DNA from: Octopus vulgaris
Lineage: Eukaryota
Reading direction: 5' to 3'
DNA: 64,000 bases
Assembly (NCBI GenBank): GCA_951406725.2
Contig: OX597820.1
Span: forward strand, 112,406,001 to 112,470,000
A program made the translations under genes and the position numbers. The first letter of the stretch is position 1. Each line of letters begins with the position of its first letter. The notes beneath the pieces are model-generated. The model worked only from the letters and a program-made list of their open reading frames with translations. It made no database searches and was not told the DNA's origin. Positions 1 through 12,800 of this stretch are shown here, piece by piece.

Positions 1-764
1 TGTATGGAAATATGTAAGAGGTGGTATGAATGTATGTGTGTTTATGTGGACTGTAAAAATGCAACTTTGAATTCATTTGCAGCCACCTCCATATACACAC
101 TCATAGATACATATATACACACACACACTTGTAAACATACACACTCATACATACACATACACGCACACTCATATACACTCACTATTATATTACACTCAGT
201 CATACATTCACACAATCAAAAGCACACTTTATCAAACACACCAATGCACTGATATATATCTAAATATAAATGTACATTTATTAACACACTCATATAAATT
301 TTTTAAATATTCACTCAAATGCGTAGTTCTTTTCACAAAGAGACTAAACAAGATTCATGTTCCCATATGTACATATATGTCTACATATAAACCCACATAC
401 ATGTATATGAACATACATTTAGAAATGACCATCCATGAAAACAGTTGATGCAAGAATCTCTTAAACCCTTTTGTTACCAACCAACCTCGAGACTACGTCT
501 AGTTCTGTGATACAAACTTCCTGTTGAAATGATCTAAATTAAAAAAACATCTATCAAAATTTCATGTTAATTTATGTTCCAAACACTGGAACATAAATGA
601 GAACAAAGTCATCTTATAAAATTCTTCAGTATTTTTAAAATCAATTAAAGCAAAGACATATTTCAACAGAAATATGATTTTAAAAAAATCATTAAAAAAG
701 ACTTCTACCTGTGAGCTTCACCTCTCCCTCAATTCTTGGATCAGAAGCTTTTTAGCTTCTTATA

Positions 765-2195
765 AGATTGGTTCCGACAGTGTCGTAGGACATTGGACGG
801 AAGGGCCGGTGAAAATGCTTGGAATCTGGTTAGATCCAGATCTCCAGATACAGAAGAATTGGAGAGAGGTGGTGAGAAAGGTGGCTCTCCTAACTCAGAC
901 CTGGTCTGAGCGGAAGCTGTCCTAGAAAGGGAGGGTTGAGGTTGCAGAGGTGTTTATCGCATCTGTAATCACTTACCACCTGACCATCGTGCCTTGCCCC
1001 GATTCGTGGCTGAACAAGCTGGAATGCATGCTCTTTCGCCTTTTTTGGAGGGGCAGCAGACCTCTTGTAAGGCGCTCTATTTGCTGCCAAAAGCCGCTGA
1101 AGGGTGGGTTTGGGATGCCGTGGCTAAAAATGCACAGGCATGCACTCAGGCTTAGGCACCTCTGGCTTTACCTGGACGGTGAGCAGGCGTGGTCTCCGTT
1201 CCTCAAGCTGTTATTTCCACAGTTTACATCGTTTACCAAACTGAACCCATGGTAGACCGAGGTTGGGCATGTGGCATGCAGAGTGCCATCAGGCACTCGT
1301 GCTTCTCTCCCAGTCGGGCAATGTTGGTGGCGGGGGTACTACCTCGTTCTTCTATAGAGGGTTAGTAGAGTTTAAGTGTGACGACGTCCTGGGAGAAACC
1401 CTAGGCTTCGACGAATATCAACTGACCAGCCTGTTCCAAAGAACATTTGGTCCGGGGCCTATGGATAATTACCAAAAGTCCCTGGCCTGGCAATGTTACA
1501 GAGGAGCTTTACCGGTTCGAGATAAGCTCTTTAGACATGGGTGTGCACCTTCGCCGGTTTGTGCAAGATGCGAGAGGGACAGTGAAACTGTCCTGCACAT
1601 GATTGTGCAATGCCCCAAGGTGACTGAACTCTGGGCTTATGTTGAACACCTGCTGTCACATTCGAGAAGAGTACAACTGTCGAGCGAATCTGTAATTAAG
1701 ATAGTTCCGCCGACCTCCCTGAATAGGGAGGAGCGAGCCTGTTTTCTCTCGGTAGTTGCTATGGCGAAAGAAGTAGTATGGACGAGAGTAAAAGGAATTG
1801 CAACAGGCATGTTCATCTCCAGTCTCGAGCTAATCGACTTTTTCGTTTTCCACATGAAACGGAAAATAAGGCTGGAGAAGAAATGCCTGTCGCAAAGTGT
1901 GTTTCGTAAAAGATGGAAGTCTATAGCAAGTATGTTGCGAGTGAAAGAATCTGTTTAAACGAGAATATAAAAAGGGAGAAAGCAAAGTCTTCAGTGTGAG
2001 TATGTGGTTTGTGGGGTCAACCGTGTCCTCCGCTTCATTTTTTTGTTAATCACTCATTCTCATTTAATTGTATATATTTTAATTGTTTGTTTATTCATAC
2101 GTTTCGTCTCATTCAATACCCTGACCCCAACGTTTGTTTTGTCTGTCCTCTTATTGTCCCCTCTTTTTCTCAACCTTATGGTGAATAAAGAAATA
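765..2195 (+). mobile_element. 5'-truncated Tx1/L1-clade non-LTR retrotransposon (RT C-terminus, Cys-rich zinc-binding region, 3' UTR)
   Basis: ORFs 674-925, 950-1255 and 1263-1958 carry typical motifs (W..RKLS..GR, PLKGGFGMP, AWQCYRGALPV, CARC..ETVLH..QC). AATAAA at ~2184 is followed directly by a (CT)n tract. Confidence 0.88.
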
Positions 2196-3449
2196 CTCTC
2201 TCTTTCTCTCTCTCTCTCTCTCCCTTCCTTTCTACCCCTCTCTATCCATCACTATCTCTCTCTCTCTCTCTCTCAGGAGGTTCTGCTGTCATATGATTAC
2301 AGCAACTGAACAGTACCATTGTTAGAAGATTGATTGAAGATGGGTGTTAGAAAGATGAGAGGAAACTTGATCAACAAAATGGATCAGGGCCTAGCATAGA
2401 CATATTTCATCCCCTTTGTGCTATAAGTTACCACCCCATTTCCCTGGAACTTCTTCTTCTAACATTCATCACTCATTCTCAATATCATCCCTTCCTAATT
2501 AATTTTCTGACCCTTCAGGTATCTCTCCCTCTTCCTTGAGTTTCATTTTAGGACTGCCTTACCTCATCTTTAAATAACTCTTATATCTGTTATCACTCTC
2601 AACACTTTCACGTATCTGCTGTCACTAGCAGCTCCCTATTTTGTCCCCCCCCCCTGCTCCACTTACTTTGCCACCTTTAAGTATCTCTGACATCCATCTC
2701 TGTCCCTGTACATCACACACACACTCTCTATCTCTCTTCTCTCTACTCTCCCACATTGCACATATCTCCTTACTGCTGTACTCCAACTTACCTGTACTGT
2801 TACTAATTGCCTCTACCTTCCTGAACTATTTCTTTTATCTTCTCCACCATACTGATATTACCATTGACTCCACTTCCATCCTTGTATACCATTCACCACA
2901 TTAACCTCTACTCTTAGCAATAACCACCTGTCTCCTCTCACACTCTTACAAACTTATCCACCCACACTTCTCCATCCTCAGTCCATATTCTTTGTTATAC
3001 ACCTTCCTATACCATGAAGATATGCTCTGACACCTTGTCATTAACATCTCTATCTCTATTCCAGTTATTCCTACCCACTCCTATATAGCATGTGGTAGCC
3101 ATGTATCTCTTTTACAGAAAGACACTTGTGTTTGACTTCCTTTCATACTTCAGTCTCTCAACACCTGGCAACAAATCGCCTTCCTCTCTGCTACAATCCC
3201 ACCCAGCTGAGTGAGGATACTTTTCATTTGTTTTCTGAGTCACTTGGTAACTTCGCTGGTAGTAGTGTCATGGAAAAATGCTCAGTACATTCCATAAAGA
3301 TATTAGCATTAGGAAGAACACCAAGTCATAGAAACCACACCAAAACAGACACTGGCACTTAAAGCAGTCTTCCAGCTCATTGCATCCAATCAAACCATCC
3401 ATCTCATCCAGCATAGAAGATGGACATTAAACAATGATGATAGTGATGA

Positions 3450-3481
<32 letters not shown>

Positions 3482-4100
3482 CACTCTTATTAACTAGCAT
3501 TATCCTCATGTACTGCTAACCAGTACTCCTTCTTACCATTAACCATTCTTATGTCTATCCCTCATTCTCACTCTCACTCTTTCTCTCTTGTTGACATGTA
3601 GCTGCCGTTAGCATCTTTCTCCCATTACTGTCTCCCTTCCATTATTCAGCCTAATGGTGTCTCTCCCATTTCTCTCTTTCCATTTCTACCCACTCATCCA
3701 AACCACTCTTGATCCCCACATAACTCTTGCTGCTTTTTTCCTCTCTTACTTGAGTTCATTCATAATTTCTCTCTTCTATTGACTTGGTTGATTTTGCTAC
3801 CTTGAATGAAGGTAGCATCTTCATTGGTGCAATGAGTGAGAGACAGAAGTGCAGAAAGACACTCATGGCAGCTACATGTCAGTTAGTACTTGGAAATGGA
3901 TGCATGGCATATAGAATACGTATATATGTAAGTATGTACATATATACGTGTGTATATATGCATATATATGGATTTTTATTTTATTATATGATTGAACGCT
4001 ACGCATCCATTTCCAAGTAAGTTTTGTCTTAATAATTCTGATGTGACACTTTCTATTCTATTCTATCGTTCTGTTACTCTTTCATTTTCTCTCTCCTATT

Positions 4101-4430
4101 TTAAAAAAAGACTCCGCCGGTTACGACGACGAGGGTCCCAGCTGATACGATCAATGGAACAGCTTGCTCGTGAAATTAACGTGCAAATGGCTGAGCATTC
4201 CACAGACACGTGTACCCTTAACGTAGTTCTCGGGGATAATCAGCGTGACACAGAGAGTGACAAGGCTGACCCTTTGAAATACAAGTACAACTCATTTTTG
4301 CCAGCTGAGTGGACTGGAGCAACGTGAAATAAAGTGTCTTGCTCAAGGACACAATGCGTCGCCGGGAATCGAACTCACAACCTTACGATCATGAGCCGAA
4401 TGCCCTAACCACTAAGCCACGCGCCCTCAC
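4101..4430 (-). mobile_element. Young tRNA-derived SINE (family A) with 12-bp target-site duplication
   Basis: Minus strand starts with A box (tggcttagtgg) and B box (gttcgattcc); CpGs are retained. TSD ctctctcctatt at 4089-4100 and 4430-4441. Confidence 0.9.
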
Positions 4431-4512
4431 TCTCTCCTATTACTCTATTATTCTATCACTCTTTTGTTTTCTCTCTCCTCTCTAATTCTTTTTATCTCAG
4501 TACATTCCATAA

Positions 4513-5590
4513 AGAGTGAAGAACAGCTCTTTTGAGAGGTTACACTTTCCGCTTATGATGTTGTGAGCAAGAATGAGATCACCACGGCGTCGTCGTTTTT
4601 CTAGAGAATAAAGGTCGAGCGTCTTCAGCCTTTCTTCATAAGACAAATGCTTGAGACCAAGAACCATGCGGGTAGCCAGCTTCTGGACTCTTTCGAGATG
4701 ATGTATGTCTTTGAGGAGATAAGGAGAAGACGCTTGAATTCCGTACTCCAATATGGGTCTCACCAGCGTGACATAGAGCGGTAGGAATATGGCTGCTGTG
4801 AACATTCCGAATGACCGTCGAATCAAAAACAGAACTCTGCGTGCTTTTATTGGCAGCATGGACGCACTGGGCCGAAGGCGAAAAGGAAGAATCCACCAAG
4901 ATACCCAGGTCCTTTACCTGGTCGGTCCTCTCCTGCAGCAGATGACCCTGCTCGAAATCAAGTTGAGTTGCAGGAGAAGAGCCATCAGGCAGATGACAGC
5001 ACTTTGACACATTCAGACACAGGTCCCATTTGTTAGACCATCTCCAAACTTGGTGGAGGCATCGACGAAGATCTTCTTATCTCCTCAAAGACATACATCA
5101 TCTTGGAAGAGTCCAAAAGTTGGCTACCCACATGGTTCTTGGTCTCAAGCATTTGTCTTATGAAGAAAGGCTGAAGACGCTCGACCTTTATTCTCTAGAA
5201 AAACGCCGCCGCCGTGGTGATCTCATTCTTGCTCACAACATCATAAGTGGAAAGTGTAACCTCTCGAAAGAGCTGTTCTTCACTCCTGCTCCAGAGCGTT
5301 GGCTGCAGGGTCACTCCGAAAAGCTCTATCTGCGACGATTTCATCTCAATCGAAGGAGAGGGGCTTTCTCCGTCCGGGTTGCGGATCTGTGGAATAAGCT
5401 GCTGGACGAGATAGTGAAGATGCCGACAACCGCTCGGTTCAAAGTCCCTCTTGACCAGAAATGGCCTGAACTCTTTGTATGACCACCCTCCCTGTACATA
5501 ACTCCATGTCCCCCTACATGGCCTTGCTTTTTGCTTTTTGAGCCAAATTAACTTAACTTAACTAACTAACTAACTTAACTAACTTAACTT
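4513..5590. mobile_element. CR1/L2-group LINE 3' fragment with an inverted 5' portion
   Basis: 4513-5070 encodes the RT C-terminus on the minus strand (VKDLGILVDS, LYVTLVRPILEYG, LERVQKLAT). 5072-5482 encodes an overlapping part and the C-terminus on the plus strand, then the 3' UTR and a (TAACT/TAAC)n tail. Confidence 0.9.
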
Positions 5591-6118
5591 ATCTCCCCTT
5601 CTCCTCCTCTCATTTTTCTCTCATCCTTTCTCTAATTTTTTCTTTCCCCTCCACCGTTCTCTGTCTGTCACTCACTTTCCCTCACTCTTCCTCCATTGCT
5701 CTCTCATGGCTCCCACATGACCATCTCCCATCTTTCTTTCTTTCCTCCTGATACAGCTGGATAAATCAGATGTATTCTTATCTGTCTCCTGTCCAAGCTT
5801 GCTTCTTCACATTCACTACCTCACTTTGTTTAGGCTTAGCAGCCCTTCCTGTTTATTTTCACTGTCCTGTTTTTGTTACCAATTTTAACCCTCTGCAAAA
5901 TTATCGAAGGCATATTTTAGCATGAAATGCTTGAAATACAGATTAGAAAATCAGCCCACAACTGATGAAGGGTCGTTCTTCATGTTGCATGTCTTGTTTT
6001 CCATTTGTTTCCTTCGTTGTTCACAAAAAAGTTCATATTCCATGTATTCGTATTCCATATTCCATATTTTTGTATTTCTTGTTGTTTACGTTCTGTGACG
6101 TCCTGTGCTCACACATGC

Positions 6119-6193
<75 letters not shown>

Positions 6194-6256
6194 TAGACAA
6201 AAATAGATAACAAAGCCAAGGCTGTTAGGAGTTTTCAGTCATTTATAACAAAATAT

Positions 6257-6302
6257 TCTTACAGCTGTTTTGGGGATATCATGGATATTCCTTCATCAGA
6301 GA
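6257..6302 (-). ncRNA. Degenerate minimal type I hammerhead ribozyme, Penelope-like element terminal repeat
   Basis: Minus strand tct-CTGATGA-aggaatatc-cat-gatatcccc-AAAAC-agct-GTA-aga: 3-bp stem I, stem II, palindromic stem III. GAAA is changed to AAAA, so it is likely inactive. Confidence 0.6.
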
Positions 6303-7160
6303 CAATGTGAGATGGTTAAATAGCGGTAAATGTTTGAGTTCAAAATATGGAATTATTGTGGAAAAGGAGGAGATAGGGAATACAGAGGGAAGTAAAAGAA
6401 TGAAAGTAGAAATAAAATATAAAACATTGTAGTTGCAGTTCTGTTATTCGAGAAAAGTGGTGCATAGAAGTGGCAAGAAGTTTCCTGTATCTGGTGTGTA
6501 AGTTCTAATAGTAGTTCATGTTTAGTCATTTCTAAGTATGAAGCCATGGAGGTAACTTAGGGACTAGAGATCCCTTTGGTCTTGTTTTATTGTGAAAGTG
6601 CTAGCTGCTGTAGTACTGATGCATTGGTAAATTGCATTCAACACATTTAGTAAAGTGGTTGATATTAGGAAAAGCATCCAGTCGCAGGGTCTTTGCCAAA
6701 GTAGAATGTACAAGCAAAAAAAATGGGCTATGGGAGGGAGACTCCAACCTGTCAAGGAGGATGTACAATGGTGAGGATGATTATGATATGTGTATATACT
6801 ATGTCTACATCTGTCTGTGCGTCTGTGTGTGTGTCTGTCTGTCCTTCCGTCTATCCATCCATCCATCCATTTATATATATATATGTGTGTGTGTGTAACT
6901 CATGCTCACATGGAAGGAGGATGTTAAACAATGATGATATATAAATCCTCATCATCAGTTAACATCCGTTGACCAGGGCTGGCAAGCTGGAAGGTTGCAC
7001 CAGACTCTAGTCTGATTTGACATGGCTTCTACAGCTGGTTGCCCTTCCTAACACCAACCACTCCAAGAGACTAAATTCCTCTGTTATTTCTTGGAGAACT
7101 ATGATGAACAAGAAGGGGTTGAGGACCAATTTTTGGTGAACTCCTACTTGTACTCTGAAT

Positions 7161-8860
7161 CAGGCTTGCCAAGCATATTTTGATGAAAGTACCAAATTTA
7201 GCAAAATAAAAGCACCAAATTTTGCTCAATAAGTACCAAAATTTAAATTTGTAATATTTTGCCTATAAATCAACTGAAATGCATAATATATAGTATTTAT
7301 AATATACAGGGCATTATTTTAAAGTGACCTACACATATTTAACATACTTACTTTATAATTAGAAGGTTGCATGATCAATAGGATGAGGCTGCTCTTTGTA
7401 CCAATGCCCTTGTCCTTCTTTTAATTTAGCACAAAGCTCTGCATCAGATGTATAAGTTGTGCAGTTTACATCACGAAGAAGGTTTTATGAATGCAGCAGA
7501 GCATTGGTCGTTTGGGTGTGCAGTTTAGACCTATTCTTGACTTTAATGTTATTTAGGACTGAAAATATTCTCTTGGCTGAAGCTGAAGAATATGGTAATG
7601 ATAGGAGCTGAAACATAAAGCATGATAGGACTGAATAACGAGCTTCATCTCCACATTTTTCCTTAGAAATTTTGTACCAAAAATCTTCTGGTTTGGTAGC
7701 TTCAGTTATGTCATTGTTATCTTGAAGTTTAAGTTCTCTCCATTCTTTCTTAAAAGCATTAATCTGACTCTCTTGAATAATATTTGGAAATTTGCATGCC
7801 AGAGGAACAATTGAACTTGGACCATTGCAATCACGAATACTAACTGGGCCTCTACAAGCTTCAGATTATGGATGAAATCATGTGCAAAGAAGCGCTGAAA
7901 AAATTCCTTCCAAAAGTGCACATAAAAATTTAATGTTTTCACATGAAATTGTTTCAATTTAGTTGTACTAACAGATAAAGCTTTCTTTGTGTAGATGCTT
8001 TCAACTTTTGGTCCTCTGTAAATTTCAGTTATGAAAATTTGATAGGATTTGCCAGTGACAATGCTAGTGTAATGATAGGACAGAAGGAAGGTGTGCAGGC
8101 ATTACTGATGGATCTTGATGTTAATTTCATGTAGCTTTTTATTTTTTACTATTTCTTTTTTAACAAAATTGCCAAGTATTCCTTTCACAGTACATGTAAT
8201 AGATTTGTGTAGTTTGTGCATTCTGTAGCTTTCTGACTGGAAATCTAAGTTCAACTTAATATCTGGCAAAATATATGCTAAAAATGCATAATACATCTCT
8301 GTGATTGGATTTGTTAATGAGTTCAGCACATTCGAAGCTGCACAGTTGTTATCTTCAATAATAGTAGCAGCAATAAAGAATAATACTAGAGCAGGTCACT
8401 ATTCCAGTATTCTTTTGGCTGCTTGTTCTAAAGATAGCCACCTTGTACAACTTGTAATAATTTATGAAAGATTTGTTTGAGTAAATGCCTGAAATTCTTC
8501 ATATTTCTGAAGTCTCTTTGGGCTATTTGAAAGGAATGAATATATGCTTCTAGCAAGTTCTATAAATGAAGGTAATTCTGAACATACCTTTAATGCAAAG
8601 ATATGTATAGAATGACAGACAACCCTAAATAAAAAAGAGAGGGACCTTTGTTCTTCAGTAATGCCTGCACACCTTCCTTCTGTCCTATCATTACACTAGC
8701 ATTGTCACTGGCAAATCCTATCAAATTTTCAAAAGGAATATCATGTAAGGTGAAGAATCATTCAATAGAAGGAAAAATTCCATTAGCAGAGCTTCCAAAA
8801 GAATTAAATAACTATCAATAATTTTTTGAGTGCTACAATCATAAAATTTTGCTTACAGAA
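7161..8860 (-). mobile_element. Decayed hAT DNA transposon
   Basis: Minus strand: GFASDNASVMIGQKEGVQALLK...CHSIH (catalytic region, ~8600-8730) and FWYKIS...LLSLPYSSASAKRIFSVLNNIK.KNRSKL (hAT C-terminal dimerisation motif, ~7500-7700). Boundaries approximate. Confidence 0.85.
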
Positions 8861-9372
8861 CAAGCTGCACCATAATCCATGAGGACACATTTCTCTTCTA
8901 TGACATCACAATTTTCTCTCACACACTGTCTTGCAATTTGAAATGCTTCAAGTCTTTGGTCCTCACAGTGCTGAACATAGGCAAACTTCTTATTTTCTGC
9001 TTCTCCCTTGGCTAGATATACGTGTCTCCTAGCTTCCCTTCTGGCTATCTGATACAGTTCCCTGCTACCTCAACTCTTCCAGGCCTGTTTCTTTGCTTTA
9101 ATGGCCCTGTCTACAACATCGTTCCACCACCACGTCACTTTAGGTCTGGATGGGACTTTGCACCAGCCACAGATTTGGTCTGTGGCACTCAGCAAGGAAT
9201 TCCCAGTTGCCCTCTATGTCACAAGCCCATAGCTACTCCTCCCTCTCACCAAATTTCTCAATTAGGATGTCCCTAAATCTATAACTATATGATTCGTCCT
9301 TAAGCTTCCAAATCCTTCGTTTCCAGATTGGTCTGCTTCTTGGCATCCTTCTGGCCTGGAGTCTAAAGTCAC
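8860..9372 (-). mobile_element. RTE-type LINE relic; a further RT fragment lies at 7070-7160
   Basis: Minus strand [19 protein letters not shown]...FQIARQCVREN. At 7070-7160: FRVQVGVHQ..LNPFLFIIVLQEITEEF (RT motif). Confidence 0.65.
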
Positions 9373-9396
9373 TAATATATATATATATATATATCT

Positions 9397-9457
<61 letters not shown>

Positions 9458-9482
9458 CATACATATACATACATATACATAC

Positions 9483-9522
<40 letters not shown>

Positions 9523-9823
9523 CCCATACCAGCATGGAAGGAGGATGTTAAACGATTATGGTAATAGTGATATATATATACGTAACTACAAAATGTAACT
9601 ACATGTGGATTGTTGGCGATTTTTTTCCTCTGTCTTCCTTTTCTTTTGGACTTTCCTCTTTCTCCTGTTTCTGAAGAAGAGTTTTGTTTGAAACATAAAG
9701 CACCCTTTCTTTCCTTCCCTGAGCGTCTTATTAATACTTTACATGTACTTGCATTGTTGATTTTTTCTTGTCTTTTTTCTCCATTTTTTGGTTAATTATG
9801 TATATATGTATATATATATATAT

Positions 9824-12800
9824 ATCATCATCATCATCAGCATCATCATTTAACATCAGTTTTCCATACTGGCATGGGTTGAATGGTTTGACTGAGGACT
9901 GGCAAGCCAGAAGGCTGTGCCAGGCTCCAATCTGATCTGGCAAGGTTTCTACAGCTGGATGCTCTTCCTAACGCCAACCACTCTGAGAGTGATGTGGGTG
10001 CTTTTTACATGCTACTGGTATGGGAATCAGTCAGGCAGTACTGGCAATGACCATACTCAAATGGTGCTTTTTATGTGCCACCAGCACAGGAGCTAGTCAG
10101 GTGACACTAGCAATGACCATGCTCGAATAGTGCTTTTTATGTGCCACTGACAGGTGAGCCAGTCAGGTGAAGCAAAAAGCTATTAGGCTGACCATGTCAG
10201 GTCAGGTCTGATGTATGCAGCATTGGATCCTACTACTGGTAAACTGTAAACCAGTACAACCTGTGTCAGTGGGGTAGAAAGGGCTCCTTAGCTGTAGTGA
10301 AGGCAATCTGTCTTGGGAGATAACCTTACAATAAATCACTCGGTCCGTAGCTTAGAAATACTGGGTTGACATCCAGCGGGAACAGCTTTGTTTCGTGGAG
10401 GAGGAAAGATCTTCTTTAGTGCTTGGTTGTACATTGCTTTCCAATGTGTGTAGTAGTGGCGCGCGCACACATTATTAGCCATTTGAAAAGACTGTGGAGT
10501 TTGCAATTAACTGCACCAGGGTTCCTCTTCCCCAGGGAACCAGACTTAATGGTATACCTGCGGGTGTAGGTCCAGCCCCTGGTTTGCCAGGTCCTGTCTC
10601 TGATCACGTTGCACCTCCAAGGGCATCCAATGACGGTGATGCCCTCAATCTTAACAGACGGGTATCACCTGATAGAGAAGAGTCAGCTCCCAACCAACCA
10701 ACACCAAACAAACACCTCATCAGCTGTAAAAATCATTCGATACTCAGCACCTTCAATGCCCGCCCCCTCGGTTCTCTTGGTTGTCTAGAAGAACTTGGTG
10801 CAAATGCAGAATCACATGGCATTGATATAATAGCTGTCCAAGAACACTGATTTTACCACCCTGATGACATCCTCAAATACCATCAAGTCGGTTCTTATCA
10901 ACTTGTAACCTCCTCTGCATCAAAGAATACTGTTAATTCAACAGTTGGAGGTATTGGGTTTCTACTTTCATCAAAAGCTAGTGATATTCTCTTGAGTATA
11001 GAGTCAATCTCACCTAGAATTATGGTGCTCGAGATAGATGGAAATCCGAAAATATCATTGGTATGTGTGTATAGCCCACATAATTCGTCTGTGGCAGACG
11101 AGATTGAGAATTTTTATATAACCCTTCGTTCAACCATTGAGCAAGTACCTCTCCATAATTTTCTAGTTATAACTGGTGATCTGAACGCTAGACTAGGACC
11201 CGATGAGACCAAGTTTACTTTCAACTCTAAAACAAAGACTTCTAAGAGGAATTTAATCTTTACACCTCCAACAATTATTTTATGTAACCAAAAGGACAAC
11301 TTTGGACATTCGAGTCCCCACTTGGTGATAGGGCACAAATTGGCTACCTCATCTTTCGAAAGAAGTGGCGCAATAGTGTTAAAGACTCGAGATCCTACTC
11401 TTCCTTTAGTTCTGTTGGCTCTGACCACAGAATTGTATCAGCTACCATTAAGCTTAGTCTTCGCTCATCCAAAAAAGCTAAGCCTCACCTGATGAAAACA
11501 ATTGACTGGGAGGAAGTCTCATCTAACCCTGACATGTCCAAACAATTTACTACTGATGTCTATAACAAATTTCAATCTTTGTCTACTTCTGAAATAGATG
11601 CTGAGAACATTGAAGAAGTCTACAGCAGCCTCATCAAATCACCAAAGGAAGCTGCATTGGCTACTCTTCCCAAAAAGAAGAGTAGGAGCCAGAGCAAACC
11701 TTCTAATTCCCCAAATGTCATCGAAGCCAGAAACCATCTAAAGTCTATATCACTAGCTTACCACTATTCTCCATCTCAGTCACTGAATCACTGAAGATCC
11801 AACTCATAACTGCCAAGAAGAATCTTGATGATGCTTACTTGAATGCCGAGGTCGACTTTATCAACGGCAAAATTAGCAAACTATCCAAAGAGCATATTAG
11901 TAAAAAACACCATCTCGCCTGGAAATCCATCAAAGACCTATCAGGCAAAAATTCTGGGTCATCAATTAGAATTAAAGGGGGATCAGCTAAGAAGTGTTTA
12001 GAAAATTGGTCAACTCATTTTAAAAACCTTCTTGGGAAGAATGCCAAAATCCCTGATGACCCCACTCTTCCAAGTGTGCCTATATCAGACACGCTGGACA
12101 TCAACACCTCCCCTTTTACCATATTTGAACTAACAGCAGCCACTAAACAACTGAAAGCCTCGAAAGCATTTGGTCCCGACAACATGCCAGCTATAATTTG
12201 GAAGGATGATAGATTTCACACACTTTTGCTCAATCTTTGCAACCACACACTTTCCACTTTTGTAGCTCCAAAGATTTGGCACCAATCTCAAATCATCCCA
12301 ATACCCAAAAAAGGCGATTTATTCCTCGTCAGCAACTACAGGGGTATATCTCTAATGTCAATTGCTGCAAAATTGTACAACAAACTGATTCTAAACCATC
12401 TCGTCCTTTTTGTTGAATCTTTGCTCTGAAAGAACCAAAATGGATTCAGACATGGGCGCTCAATGCTGAGCCAAATACTATGCCTACGCAGACTTATTGA
12501 AGAATCAAAAGCATTTAATCGCGATCTTGCAATGGTGTTTGTAAACTTTTCTAAAGCGTTTGACTCTGTAGATAGGTACAAGATGTTTGAAATCCTTAAG
12601 CTCTATGGGATACCAGACAAAATCATTTCTGCCATCAAGGTCCTCTACACAGATACGTCTTCAACCATCTTAACCCCTGACGAAGAAACATCATCTTTCT
12701 CAATCAAAGCCGGAATACTGCAGGGAGACATACTCGCCCCATTTCTCTTCATCATTGTCGTTGACTATGTGCTACGTATGTCAGTTGATACCATTTCTGG

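Noticed and set aside
4350-4430. tRNA gene
   Set aside because: A and B boxes are present, but the sequence continues into a SINE body with a TSD and does not form a full cloverleaf.
10171-10330. Possible HDV-like or hammerhead ribozyme at the RTE 5' end
   Set aside because: Hairpins are present (tactggt/accagta; gctgac/gtcag), but I could not fit the nested double pseudoknot or a CUGANGA/GAAA core by eye.
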